DNA from: a virus
Taxonomy: Duplodnaviria; Caudoviricetes
Length of the DNA: 37,373 nt
Strand: one strand, 5' to 3'
Virus record (IMG/VR): IMGVR_UViG_3300010263_000153
Coordinates: 1 to 37,373 of that record
The notes under the pieces were generated by a model, which saw nothing but the letters and a program-made list of their open reading frames with translations, had not been told where the DNA came from and made no database searches. The position numbers and the translations under genes were made by a program. Position 1 is the first letter of the stretch; the number at the start of each line of letters is the position of its first letter. Shown here piece after piece: positions 20,097 to 30,546 of the stretch.

Positions 20097-21419
20097 ATGG
20101 CACATGGCGGCGGCATCTGGCTCACCCAAAACAAGGGCTTGCCCGGTAGCTATATCAATTTTACCAGCTTGGCTAAAGCGAGCGCCGCATTATCCGACAG
20201 AGGAATTGCAGCGGCGCCTTTTGAGCTTGACTGGGGGCCGGAGGGCACTATTTTTGAGGTGACATCCGGCGATTTCCATAAAAACAGCAAAATCATTTTC
20301 GGTTACGTTTATGACGCACCGGAAATGCTTGCACTACGTGAAATATTTAAGCACGCCACAAAGGTATTGTGCTATCGTTTAGGTAGCGGTGGCGTGAAAG
20401 CATCTTGCGCTCTCGGTACTGCCCGGTACCCCGGAAAGCGTGGCAACGATATTTCAATCGTTGTTACCGCCAACGTGGATAACGATGATCTGTTTGACGT
20501 CAGCACTTATGTTGGCGGGGTTTTCTTTGAAAGGCAAACCGTGGCAGACGCCTCCAACCTCGAGGATAACGAGTTTGTTGTATTCAATAAGGCCGCAAAT
20601 CTTGACGACACGGCGGGCATGAGCCTCACAAACGGCTCTAATGGTGCGATTACCGGGGAAAGCCACGAGTCTTTCCTTGATAGCCTTGAGAGCTATTCCT
20701 TTAACGCTCTTTGCTGCCCGGCCAGTGAGGCGCAGACCATTGGCTTGTATGTAAGTTTTACGCAGCGTATGCGTGATGAACAAGGCGCAAAATTCCAGCT
20801 CGTTGCATACCAGCCCACCAGTGCAGATTATGAGGGCGTTATTGGCGTTTGGAATGACGCTGAGCATCCCACCATTGAGGGCGTTGATCCGCAAATGCTT
20901 ACGTACTGGGTAACAGGTGCGCAAGCGGGTGTTGCGGTCAATAAGTCACTCACCAATGCTATTTATGACGGTGAGCTCACTATTGACGTTGACTACACCC
21001 AAACGGAGCTTGAGGACGCGCTCAGAGCGGGAAAATTCATTTTCCACAATGTAAACGGCAAGGTGCGTGTGCTTGAGGACATCAACAGCCTTGTAACTCT
21101 TACGGACGAAAAAGGCGATATTTTCCAGAGCAACCAGACCATAAGAGTGTGCGATCAGATCGCAAACGATGTGGCGGTGCTGTTCAGTACCCGCTATGTT
21201 GGTGTGGTACCGAATGATGCCTCCGGACGTGCAACGCTTTGGAATGATATTGTCAAACTCATACAGGAGCTGGAGCGCATCCGTGCGGTTGAGGACTTTG
21301 ACACCGACACGGTACACGTGGAGGTTGGGGACAACAAGCGTGCAGTGCTGTTGACCATCAACGGCCTTAATATCGTAAACGCAATGTCCCAGCTCTATAT
21401 GAGCGTTATCATTCAGTAA
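20097..21419 (+). CDS. tail sheath protein (XkdK-like)
   Basis: LPGSYINF, LDWGPEG, VLEDINSL, NQTIRVCDQIAND. Confidence 0.93.
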   Translation: MAHGGGIWLTQNKGLPGSYINFTSLAKASAALSDRGIAAAPFELDWGPEGTIFEVTSGDFHKNSKIIFGYVYDAPEMLALREIFKHATKVLCYRLGSGGVKASCALGTARYPGKRGNDISIVVTANVDNDDLFDVSTYVGGVFFERQTVADASNLEDNEFVVFNKAANLDDTAGMSLTNGSNGAITGESHESFLDSLESYSFNALCCPASEAQTIGLYVSFTQRMRDEQGAKFQLVAYQPTSADYEGVIGVWNDAEHPTIEGVDPQMLTYWVTGAQAGVAVNKSLTNAIYDGELTIDVDYTQTELEDALRAGKFIFHNVNGKVRVLEDINSLVTLTDEKGDIFQSNQTIRVCDQIANDVAVLFSTRYVGVVPNDASGRATLWNDIVKLIQELERIRAVEDFDTDTVHVEVGDNKRAVLLTINGLNIVNAMSQLYMSVIIQ

Positions 21420-21433
21420 GGAGGTAGCACAAC

Positions 21434-21910
21434 ATGACTGATACAAAGGTAATGGCCATACATGACGCACCGGTTGCCAAATTTGCTGAGGTTTTTGTCA
21501 CGCTTAACGGCAATCGGTACACCATGCTCATGTGCAAAAACTTTGAGGGCAAGGCCAGCATTTCCACGCAGGACGTGCCCCGCATGGGATCCATCGTCAT
21601 GGGTAAAAAGCCCACCAGTGTTGAGATCTCATTCACAATGACGATCTATAAATGCACCGAGATATTTGACGATGTCCTTGATACTTTCATTAAAACGGGT
21701 GTTATGCCGACTATGGACATCCAGATCTCTAATGATGACCCGGCTACGTCCATGGGCCGCAGCACTAAGGTTTTCAATAACTGCGTGCTTGACGGTGACG
21801 TGCTGCTTTCGTTGGCCGGCTCCGAGGATGATTTCATTGAGCAGGAGATCAGCGGCTTTGCAAGCAGCATAACCCGCCCCGAAAAGTATCGTAACCCCAG
21901 CTATATGTAA
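21434..21910 (+). CDS. tail tube protein (XkdM-like)
   Basis: 158 aa after the sheath; DIQISNDDPATSMGR. Confidence 0.88.
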   Translation: MTDTKVMAIHDAPVAKFAEVFVTLNGNRYTMLMCKNFEGKASISTQDVPRMGSIVMGKKPTSVEISFTMTIYKCTEIFDDVLDTFIKTGVMPTMDIQISNDDPATSMGRSTKVFNNCVLDGDVLLSLAGSEDDFIEQEISGFASSITRPEKYRNPSYM

Positions 21911-21934
21911 AAATCATAAGGAGGTATTACCACA

Positions 21935-22366
21935 ATGGCAAATTCTTTAAGCGCCTTTATGGCGCAGAACGCTAAACAGGTTGAAAACCGCAAAATTGTT
22001 GCCTCTAAGCGCTTTATTGGCGCGGACGGTAAGCCTGTGGAATGGGAGATCCGCGCCATTTCCGCAAGCGAAAACCAAAAGCTCCGAAAAGCCTGCACAC
22101 GCAATGTGCCGATCGCCGGCAAACGCGGGCAGTTTACACAGGAATTTGACGCGCAGGCCTACCAGGCAAAAATCGCGGTGGCCTGCACTGTTTTTCCCAA
22201 CCTCAATGATGCTGAGCTGCAGGAAAGCTACGGCGTTATGGGCGCGGAGCAGCTAATCACCACTATGCTTACGTTTGGTGAGTTTGACGAGTATGTTTCC
22301 GCGATCCTGGACCTTAACGGTTTTTCTGATATGCAGGAGCTTGTTGACGAGGCAAAAAACTCATAA
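21935..22366 (+). CDS. tail assembly chaperone (XkdN-like)
   Basis: SKRF, FPNLNDAELQESYGVMGAE, LVDEAKN. Confidence 0.88.
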   Translation: MANSLSAFMAQNAKQVENRKIVASKRFIGADGKPVEWEIRAISASENQKLRKACTRNVPIAGKRGQFTQEFDAQAYQAKIAVACTVFPNLNDAELQESYGVMGAEQLITTMLTFGEFDEYVSAILDLNGFSDMQELVDEAKNS

Positions 22367-22551
22367 CGGAGGGCGATCCAGAGGCAAATTATGCCTATTA
22401 CGCCCTCCACAAATTCCACTGGACGCCGCGCCAGTTTTTAGAGCTGGATCCGTACGAAATGGCCTTTGTCGTTGCAGCCATTGACGTAAGGATCGAAAAA
22501 GAAAAGCAGGAGGCTGCGTCTGTTAAACGTAAAGCACAAAGACGGAGGTAA
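22354..22551 (+). other. programmed -1 frameshift site and extension of the tail chaperone
   Basis: slippery A AAA AAC at 22354-22360; -1 frame open to TAA 22551 (LITEGDPEANYAYYALHKFHWTP...), with no start of its own at the 5' end. Confidence 0.82.
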
Positions 22552-22575
22552 CATTGCCCCAGAAAGGAGGCGCGC

Positions 22576-24582
22576 ATGGGCGCAGTAAGATCACAACTAA
22601 TTATAAATGATGGGATGACGGCCGCTCTGAAACGCATCAACCGCGCAATGGGGCTCGTTCTTAACAACTTCGAGGCAGTACAGCGAGCGGCCGGCCGAGC
22701 TATTGACACACAGCATATAGCAGCCGCACGTCAAGAGATCGGCCGGGCCAACGCTGCCTTGGATGAAATGGAGGAAAATTACCGCCGTTGCACTCAAGAG
22801 CAAGAGCGCTTAAACGATAATATTTCAGACGGCGCCGGCAAGGCCGGTACTCTGCTCAGCAAGGTTAATGGTATTGTCGGAGCATATTTAGGCATACAGG
22901 GCGTAAAAGCTCTTGTGGGCCTATCTGATGCTCAAGCACAAACAGAGGCCAGGCTTAACCTGCTTGTTACTGATGGCGGCAGCATTGATGAGCTCGAGAA
23001 AAAGATACACGCCTCGGCAATGCGTTCTCGGGCTGCATATTTGGACACAGCATCCGCTGTGGCTAAACTCGGCTTAAACGCCGGCAATGCCTTTGATCAC
23101 AATATGGACCAGGTAATTGCCTTTATGGAGCAGGTAAACAAACAGTTTGCCATTGGGGGCGCCACAGCCCAGGAGCAAAGTAATGCCATGATACAGCTTA
23201 CACAAGCAATGGCTGCCGGCGCGCTAAGAGGCGAGGAGCTTAATTCAATACTGGACAGCGCCCCGGGAATTGCACGCGCCATAGAACGTTATATGGGCGC
23301 TGCAGAGGGCTCCATAAAAAGCCTTGCCGAGGATGGTAGGATAACTGCCCAGGTGGTTAAAAATGCAATGTTCGCAGCAGCAGACGAAACCGACGCCAAA
23401 TTTGCGAGTATGCCTATGACGTGGAGCCAGGTATGGACAATGGCGGGCAATATCGGCCTGCGGGCATTGGATCCGCTGCTAAAGGCCGTAAATTGGTTGG
23501 CCAATAACACCTCCATTATCGGGCCTATGGTCCTGGGACTGGGGAGCGCGTTTCTCGTGTTTCAAGTTGCAGCGCATTGGACGCAGATCGCAGCTTTCTT
23601 TACAGGCCTATACAATGGGGTAGTAAATTTGCTTTCAATCGGTTTTGGCGTCTTGCGCGGAAGTACCGCCGCTGCATCGGCCGCGCAGTTTACATACAAT
23701 TCTGCATTGCTGGCGTGCCCGGTAACATGGATCATAATGGCCATAATGATCATAATCGGGTTGCTGTATGGGGTTATTGCAATCATTAACAAAGTAACAG
23801 GCTCCAGCATTTCAGCCACGGGCATAATTGTTGGAACATTAGCAGCTGCGGGGGCTTTCATATGGAATTTGGTGCTCGGTGTATTGGAGTTTATACTCGG
23901 CGTTATCAATTATCTAATAAACCCATTTATTGAAATCGCCAATTTCATTGCAAATGTTTTCAAAAACCCGGTGAGCTCAATTATTTACCTATTCCAGGGC
24001 ATGGCCGATAACGTACTGGCTATTTTACAGAAAATTGCCTCTGCGCTTGATTTTGTCTTTGGTTCAAATATGGCCGACACCGTGCAGGGCTGGCGTGACG
24101 GGTTAAAGGGAAAAGCTGATGCTCTTGTAGAAAAATATGCACCCAATGAAAACTATCAAAAAGTAGTGAGTAACTTGGATCTTTCGGTTGAGGGCCTCGG
24201 CTTGAGCCGGATAAAATACTCTGACGCATGGAACGCCGGTTATTCAGCTGGTGAAAACCTGGGGGCGTCCCTTGGCAATATGTTTAACATGAATGATACT
24301 TTAAGCAATGCCCTTGAAACAGGCGGCGTAATATCCGATATTGCCGATAACACGGACAGTATAGCCTCCAGCCTGAATAAGACTACTGAGGAGCTGGCTT
24401 ACTTACGCGACATTGCCGAAAAAGAGGCTATAAACCGCTTTACCACAGCCGAGGTTAAGGTTGAGCTGGGCGGCATTACAAACAACGTGGCGGCCAATAC
24501 TGACCTTGACGGCGTTATTGGGTATTTAGCTGATGAATTGCAGGAGGCGCTTATCACCGCAGCAGAGGGGGTACATTACTAA
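22576..24582 (+). CDS. tape measure protein
   Basis: 668 aa; QLTQAMAAGALRGEELNSI tape-measure domain; hydrophobic helices. Confidence 0.92.
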   Translation: MGAVRSQLIINDGMTAALKRINRAMGLVLNNFEAVQRAAGRAIDTQHIAAARQEIGRANAALDEMEENYRRCTQEQERLNDNISDGAGKAGTLLSKVNGIVGAYLGIQGVKALVGLSDAQAQTEARLNLLVTDGGSIDELEKKIHASAMRSRAAYLDTASAVAKLGLNAGNAFDHNMDQVIAFMEQVNKQFAIGGATAQEQSNAMIQLTQAMAAGALRGEELNSILDSAPGIARAIERYMGAAEGSIKSLAEDGRITAQVVKNAMFAAADETDAKFASMPMTWSQVWTMAGNIGLRALDPLLKAVNWLANNTSIIGPMVLGLGSAFLVFQVAAHWTQIAAFFTGLYNGVVNLLSIGFGVLRGSTAAASAAQFTYNSALLACPVTWIIMAIMIIIGLLYGVIAIINKVTGSSISATGIIVGTLAAAGAFIWNLVLGVLEFILGVINYLINPFIEIANFIANVFKNPVSSIIYLFQGMADNVLAILQKIASALDFVFGSNMADTVQGWRDGLKGKADALVEKYAPNENYQKVVSNLDLSVEGLGLSRIKYSDAWNAGYSAGENLGASLGNMFNMNDTLSNALETGGVISDIADNTDSIASSLNKTTEELAYLRDIAEKEAINRFTTAEVKVELGGITNNVAANTDLDGVIGYLADELQEALITAAEGVHY

Positions 24583-25232
24583 TGAGCTATAAATGCTATT
24601 TAGACGGTGTGCTCATGCCCGAAACACCGGCTAAGCTAATGGTTAAAATCAAGGGTAAAAACACCACTCTCACCCTGCTAAACGAGGGGGAGATCAATTT
24701 TTTGCGTACGCCCGGGCTCACGGAAATTTCCCTCCCGCTTACATTCCCTATGCTGTCCGGAGCGAGATCCCCGGACTATTACCTTGACATACTGGAAAAG
24801 CTCAAGACCCAAAAACGCACAACTCAGTTTGTTTTAACCCGCACCTCCCCGAGCGGCAAACTACTTTTCGATACTAATATCAAAGTAAGCGTTGAGGACT
24901 ACACCATAAGCGAAAACGCCAACAATGGGTTGGACGTAAGCGTTGACGTGGAGCTCAAGCAATACAGAGATTACAGCACCAAAACCGTAACCGTGGAAAC
25001 CACGGCCACAAGAACTGCAGCTAAAACAGTAACGGTTACAACGGAGCGGCCGGCCACAACCGCACCCAAAGCCACTACCTACACCGTGAAAAAAGGTGAC
25101 ACGCTTTGGGGCATAGCAAAAACATTCCTCGGAAATGGAGCAAAATACAACCAGATATTTGAGGCCAACAAGGGGATTATTAAGAACCCTAACCTCACAT
25201 ATCCGGGGCAAGTATTGCGATTACCTCAATGA
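24582..25232 (+). CDS. LysM-domain tail protein (XkdP-like)
   Basis: C-terminal YTVKKGDTLWGIAK...NPNLTYPGQVLRLP. Confidence 0.9.
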   Translation: MSYKCYLDGVLMPETPAKLMVKIKGKNTTLTLLNEGEINFLRTPGLTEISLPLTFPMLSGARSPDYYLDILEKLKTQKRTTQFVLTRTSPSGKLLFDTNIKVSVEDYTISENANNGLDVSVDVELKQYRDYSTKTVTVETTATRTAAKTVTVTTERPATTAPKATTYTVKKGDTLWGIAKTFLGNGAKYNQIFEANKGIIKNPNLTYPGQVLRLPQ

Positions 25233-26192
25233 CGTACGAGCTCTTTATACGACACGAAAAAACCTTGATGTTTCCCCCTATTGTTGACGGTGTGACAATA
25301 GAGTGGGAACGTCAAGGCCAACCTGGTAAATTAACCTTTGAGATTGTTAAAACGGCCAACCTCAGCTTTGAGGAGGGTGATGCCTGCCGCTTTTCAGTGG
25401 ATGGCACACCTCTTTTTTGCGGCTTTGTGTTCGATAAGTCAAGATCCGGCGATAACCCGGACGTCATAAAGGTTACTGTGTACGATCAGCTCTATTACCT
25501 AAAAAACAAGGACACTTACATATACAGTAACAAGACCGCAACCGAGGTTGTAAAAATGATCGCTGAGGACTTCGGGCTAAATCTTGGCACCTTGGAGGAC
25601 ACAGGCTATAAAATTGCCAGCCGGACGGAGGAAAACACAAGCCTCTTTGATATTATTCAGAACGCCCTGGACGAAACGCTCAAGGCCAAAACTGAAATGT
25701 ATGTACTTTATGACAAGGCCGGCAAATTAACTTTGACAAATATCAGCAATATGAAATTAGGCCTTGTGATAAATGAGGACACAGCCGGAAATTACGACTA
25801 CAAAACCAGTATTGCTAAAAACATACAACAGAATTAAATTGCTTTATGAGGACAGCAACTCCGGCTCCAGGCAGGTTTACATAGCACAAGACAGCTCAAA
25901 CATTAACAAGTGGGGCGTGTTGCAGTATTATGAAAAACTGAACGACGCTACCAACGCAAAAACAATGGCTGATGCTATGCTTAAACTGTATAACTCAAAA
26001 ACTCGCTCTTTAACCGTAAAAAACGCGCTTGGAGATATACGAGTAAGAGCCGGTACACTTTTGGTTGTCATACTCGGATTGAGTGACATAAACCTTTCCA
26101 ACTTCTTAATGGTTGAACAGGTAAAGCACACTTTCAAGGACGGTCAGCACCTCATGGAGCTGAAATTGCGAGGTGATAACTTTGTCACTTAG
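25229..26192 (+). pseudogene. baseplate hub protein (XkdQ/YqbQ-like), frameshifted near 25820
   Basis: YDQLYYLKNKDTY in the first frame; TYNRIKL...WGVLQYYE in a second frame. Confidence 0.82.
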
Positions 26193-26577
26193 TGCAAACA
26201 CCCTTATAAAAGCGGTCAAGCAGGCCGCTGTTGACGCTGTACAAGCACAAAAACCTATGGCCATAGTTTTGGGAGAGGTTGTTTCCGTATCGCCTCTGAA
26301 AATCAGCGTTGACCAAAAAATGACGCTCACCTCTGCGCAGCTTATCCTCACTAATGCCGTGCGTGATTTCACAGTCAGCATGACCGTGGATCATAATACT
26401 GATTATGCAAGCGGCGGATCCGGTGATGAGGCTTTTGCCTACCATCGGCACGCCTATTCCGGTACTAAAAATTTTACGGTGCACTTAGCCCTTAAAAAAG
26501 GTGAAAAGGTGATCATGCTGCGGTGTGATGGAGGGCAAAAATTCATAGTCTTAGACAGAGTGGAGGCGCCCAGCTAA
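26182..26577 (+). CDS. XkdR/DUF2577-like baseplate spike protein
   Basis: GEVVSVSPLKI, HRHAY, LKKGEKVIMLRCDGGQKFIVLDR; TTG after gaggtg. Confidence 0.82.
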   Translation: MSLSANTLIKAVKQAAVDAVQAQKPMAIVLGEVVSVSPLKISVDQKMTLTSAQLILTNAVRDFTVSMTVDHNTDYASGGSGDEAFAYHRHAYSGTKNFTVHLALKKGEKVIMLRCDGGQKFIVLDRVEAPS

Positions 26578-26999
26578 TGGCAACAACATTATCTTTTTTG
26601 CCGAATACCGGCGATGATCTTAATCTGATTGAATTCAGCATAGCGCAGTAGCCCAGTTATACCTATAAGCTGGACATTGAAAAGAACAGAGTAAAAGGTA
26701 TGACAGACGGGGCAGATGCTATGCTGCAGACCATTTACCTAATATTAAGCGTTGAACGGTATGCCTACCCTATATACTCATACAATTACGGTGTTGAGCT
26801 TGAGGATCTTATCGGCAAGCCAAAAGACTACGTAATGAGTGAGGTAAAACGGCGCATAACCGAGGCGCTTACACAGGATGACCGCATTAACAGCGTGGAT
26901 GGCTGGGAATTCAGCACGACAAAAAAATCCGTAATTGTCACTTTCACAGTGCACACAATTTACGGTGATGTGGTGGCAACAAAGGAGGTGGATGTATGA
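26577..26999 (+). pseudogene. XkdS/DUF2634-like baseplate protein with in-frame TAG at 26649
   Basis: ATG 26577 is coupled to the previous stop; codon 25 is TAG; frame continues PSYTYKLD...IYSYNYGVEL...TIYGD. Confidence 0.82.
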
Positions 27000-28234
27000 G
27001 CTTGTTTACTAACCAAACCTATGAAAATTTACTTGCAAGCGCGCTATCGCGTGTGAGCCCGGCGCTGGATAAGCGCGAGGGCTCAATGGTGTATAACGGA
27101 ATTGCTCCGTCAATGGCTGAATTGGCGCAGCTGTATATCGGCCTGGACTTTGTTTTCACCGCCACATACATTGCGACCGCTCCGCGGGAGTACCTCATAG
27201 AACGCGCAAAGGACCGGGGCCTTTCCCCGAAACCCGCCAGCCCGGCGGTATTTCGCGCTGAATTCAATATTGAGGTTCCTGTCGGGTCCCGCTTTTCTTG
27301 CGAGGATCTCAACTTCCGCGTAACGGAACGCATGGCAGACGAGGACACCGACACTGGCCTCAGCCACCGCGTTGTTTGCGAAACCGCAGGCACCGTGGCA
27401 AATAACTATTTTGGCACGCTCATTCCTATTGATTATATTGACGGCCTCACTTTGGCCAACCTGGTTGAGCTCCTGGTTCCCGGGGATGACGAGGAGGACA
27501 CGGATGTATTTAGGCAGCGCGTGCTTGACGCTCTGCAATCGCAGGCTTTTGGTGGCAACCAGGCAGACTATAAAGCCAAAGTGCTTGAAATTGAGGGCGT
27601 GGCAGCCGTTAAGGTACACCCGGTATGGAACGCTGACGTTTCCCCGGCCGACCTTATACCCTCTGAGGACGTGCAAACCTGGTTTGAGGGTGGTATGAGC
27701 GGCGTGTCCGATCCGGCTGTGCAAGATTGGATCACGGCCGTATATAATGCCGCTAAAGACAAAAAGCTGACGGTGGGCGGCACCGTACGGCTGGTTGTAA
27801 TGGCTGCCAACAACTCCACTCCGTCTGCAGAATTGCTGGATCTGATCCGATCAAAAATTGACCCGGTACAAAACGCCGGTGAGGGTGCAGGCCTGGCGCC
27901 CATCGGGCACGTTGTCACGGTAGACGGCGTGGATCTTACCGAGGTTGAAATAAGCTCAGATATTACACTTGCCTCGGGGTACACTTGGGAGCAGGCCAAA
28001 ACCAGTATAGACGCTGCCGTTAGAAAATACTTTGACGAATTGGCCGAGGCTTGGGAAAGCAGCAAAAATTTAGTGGTGCGCATATCGCAAATAGAAAGCC
28101 GGATCCTGTCCGAGTGTGCTGTGTATGTAACAGATATAACCGGCACAACCTTAAATGGCGTAGCAGCCAATTTAACACTTGACGAGGACAGCATACCCGT
28201 GCTTGCATCAGCGGGGGTAACGAATAATGGATAG
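26996..28234 (+). CDS. baseplate J-like protein (XkdT)
   Basis: DKREGS, FGGNQADYK, GLAPIGHVVTV. Confidence 0.92.
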   Translation: MSLFTNQTYENLLASALSRVSPALDKREGSMVYNGIAPSMAELAQLYIGLDFVFTATYIATAPREYLIERAKDRGLSPKPASPAVFRAEFNIEVPVGSRFSCEDLNFRVTERMADEDTDTGLSHRVVCETAGTVANNYFGTLIPIDYIDGLTLANLVELLVPGDDEEDTDVFRQRVLDALQSQAFGGNQADYKAKVLEIEGVAAVKVHPVWNADVSPADLIPSEDVQTWFEGGMSGVSDPAVQDWITAVYNAAKDKKLTVGGTVRLVVMAANNSTPSAELLDLIRSKIDPVQNAGEGAGLAPIGHVVTVDGVDLTEVEISSDITLASGYTWEQAKTSIDAAVRKYFDELAEAWESSKNLVVRISQIESRILSECAVYVTDITGTTLNGVAANLTLDEDSIPVLASAGVTNNG

Positions 28235-28847
28235 AAAACTCATTGACTACCTCCCGCCCGTTTTACGTTCGGTTTTGGAATTCATGGCCATAACGGATGC
28301 GCAGCAGCCCGAAATTGAGAAAGCATGGGACGCGCTCCAGCTCGTTATGGATAATCAATTCATTGACACGGCCACAGAGGCCGGCGTTGCCGTATGGGAA
28401 AAAGAACTCAACATAACGCCGTCCAGCACTGAAACATTGGAGGAACGTAAACAACGCATTAAAATTGCATGGACTTACGGTGTTGTGTACACGTACAACT
28501 GGCTTGTTGGCTGGCTAAAACCGTCCTGCGGAGAGGACAACCCGCCGCCGACCATTGACAATTATGTGCTCCATACAGTACTGCCCGTGTCCGTGGACTA
28601 TATGCACATCCTGGATGATATGCGGCGTTATGTGGCTGCAAACGTGCTGATTGACCCCCTCATATTGCTTACCAAAATAAAAACTCCGCACTATGTTGGT
28701 GCGGCTTTTCGGCGCGCTATAAGGCAAACAATGATCACGCCCTCCTGGGAAATGAGCAACATATATCTGCTCACGGATGAAAACGGCGCTGTGCTCATGG
28801 AGGAGACCGAAAGCAAAATCTTATTTGAGGAGGTATCGTCTGCATGA
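28227..28847 (+). CDS. baseplate wedge protein (XkdU/YmfQ-like)
   Basis: LIDYLPP, QFIDTAT.GV..WEKEL.I, TLEERKQRI. Confidence 0.85.
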   Translation: MDRKLIDYLPPVLRSVLEFMAITDAQQPEIEKAWDALQLVMDNQFIDTATEAGVAVWEKELNITPSSTETLEERKQRIKIAWTYGVVYTYNWLVGWLKPSCGEDNPPPTIDNYVLHTVLPVSVDYMHILDDMRRYVAANVLIDPLILLTKIKTPHYVGAAFRRAIRQTMITPSWEMSNIYLLTDENGAVLMEETESKILFEEVSSA

Positions 28848-30127
28848 TCCCTAATTTAACTGACGCCGGTAAAAACCTGCTTTTGCGTGCGCTAACCGGT
28901 GAAACCATTAACTTTACAAAAATCCAAATTGGAAATGGTGAGGCGCAAAATCCCAGAGAGGCCACAGCGCTTGCCAACCCGATAATGACCATCCCCATAT
29001 CAAATATAAGTATCGGGGAGGATTATGTAACACTAACGGGCTTGTTTACCAACAGCACCGTTACAAACGGCTTTCACATTACTGAGGCCGGCTTTTTTGC
29101 TGAGGACCCGGACGATCCCGGCAATGAGATATTATATGCCCTGGGTAACGAGGACGAAAGCACAGCCGACTATGTACCGAGCAACACCAACCGAATATTG
29201 GAAATGGAGCTTGACGCTCTTATTTTTATCGGTGACGCCGAAAACGTGACTGCGGCTATTAACAGCTCTCTGGTGTACGCCACCGCTGCGGATTTTAATA
29301 CTCACACCGGCAACACTTCAAACCCGCACGGGGTTACAAAGGCACAGGTGGGGCTCGAAAACGTGCCAAACGTGGCCACAAACGATCAGACACCTACCTA
29401 CGAAACGGCCAGCACCTTTGCCACTCTCACCTCGGGCGAAAAGCTCTCAACGGCCTTTGGTAAAATTAAGCTGGCCATTACAAACTTGATAAATCACATT
29501 AACAACCGGAGCAACCCTCACGGCGTTACTGCCGCGCAAACCGGTGCGGCTGCTCAATCTCATACACACAGCACCGTTGATATTAACGCCGGCGTTTTGT
29601 CACCGCTGCGTGGCGGTACGGGCCTTTCCAACCCGTCCTATGGCGGCCTGCTGAAAAGCAACGGAGCGGACGCTCTGCAGCTCATAAAGGGCGTGGGCGC
29701 ACTGTTTGCCACCACTTCCGGCAATCCGCAGTTTGGCACGCTCCCCATCTCAATGGGCGGTACCGGTGTTACATCCTTAAACGATCTTATTGCCTTAGTG
29801 GCAAGCAACCTTTTTGTAACAGGCGTTTATGAAGGTAACAACGTACAAGGCCGCATAATTGATCTTGGGTTTTACCCGAAAGCGGTTTTGCTCTTTGATG
29901 CCGAGGGCAACACACATCATGACGTGGACGACCTGCACGGAGGCTTGGCACTCCGCGGCTATAACGTAATTAGCCGCCATGCATCTAATACGTACATAAC
30001 CACATGGAGTGACTATTATTGTGTGCTCGGCATCGTAGGCAATGGCTTTAAGGTAAACCAATATACAAGTAATGAAATACGGTCAAACGAAAGTGGTCAT
30101 TACTATTACTACATTGCATTAAGATAA
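28844..30127 (+). CDS. tail fibre protein
   Basis: N-terminal LTDAGKNLL...FTKIQIGNG...ITEAGFFAEDPD anchor; NPHGVT repeats; GGTG motifs. Confidence 0.85.
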   Translation: MIPNLTDAGKNLLLRALTGETINFTKIQIGNGEAQNPREATALANPIMTIPISNISIGEDYVTLTGLFTNSTVTNGFHITEAGFFAEDPDDPGNEILYALGNEDESTADYVPSNTNRILEMELDALIFIGDAENVTAAINSSLVYATAADFNTHTGNTSNPHGVTKAQVGLENVPNVATNDQTPTYETASTFATLTSGEKLSTAFGKIKLAITNLINHINNRSNPHGVTAAQTGAAAQSHTHSTVDINAGVLSPLRGGTGLSNPSYGGLLKSNGADALQLIKGVGALFATTSGNPQFGTLPISMGGTGVTSLNDLIALVASNLFVTGVYEGNNVQGRIIDLGFYPKAVLLFDAEGNTHHDVDDLHGGLALRGYNVISRHASNTYITTWSDYYCVLGIVGNGFKVNQYTSNEIRSNESGHYYYYIALR

Positions 30128-30139
30128 GGAGGGCAAAAG

Positions 30140-30361
30140 ATGATCAGTAAACTTAGGCAGGGCAGTACATACCTTGTTGACGCCGAGGGTGTGTACACGG
30201 AGTATGTATATGACACGATCGCAGAGGTAGCCAACCTACCCACCGGCAAGAATTCTGACAGCATAGACCGGCCGCGGCCAGGCAGCACCGCAGTTATAGC
30301 CGAGGCCGGCATGGTTTATGTGCTATCGAATGAGCGTGAGTAGGTTGCTTTAATCGGGTGA
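30140..30361 (+). pseudogene. small tail-associated protein, probably shortened by TAG at 30341
   Basis: aggagg SD; NERE-TAG-VALIG-TGA (a TGG>TAG change is inferred). Confidence 0.5.
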
Positions 30362-30367
30362 TGCTTT

Positions 30368-30541
30368 ATGGATACAAGCGTACGCCCGATTGAAAATAAC
30401 CCTATTACTCTTTTGCTCTTATGGCACCGCGGCGTCACTCCGGAGCCACCAGAGGGCTTTGAGTTTATTGCCGATGAAAACAATAAGCTCCTGCGCGATG
30501 AGCGGGGAGCTTATCTTTTAGAGATTAGTAAGGAGGAATAA
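30368..30541 (+). CDS. 57-aa small tail-associated protein (not in ORF track)
   Basis: fills the gap up to the DGR target; MDTSVRPIENNPITLLLLW...LLRDERGAYLLE. Confidence 0.6.
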   Translation: MDTSVRPIENNPITLLLLWHRGVTPEPPEGFEFIADENNKLLRDERGAYLLEISKEE

Positions 30542-30546
30542 ACCAC

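Noticed and set aside
20097-30127. Domesticated tailocin or PBSX-like element
   Set aside because: Head and packaging genes are present, and hub, baseplate and neck genes are disrupted.
28844-30127. Second DGR target in the tail fibre C-terminus
   Set aside because: No similarity to the TR found by eye here or elsewhere in the window; a BLASTN of the TR against the genome would settle it.
26649-30343. TAG recoding (alternative genetic code) suggested by two in-frame amber codons
   Set aside because: TAG is the evident stop at 19905-19907, long genes are not broken by TAGs, and no suppressor tRNA was seen; point mutation in a decaying prophage is simpler.
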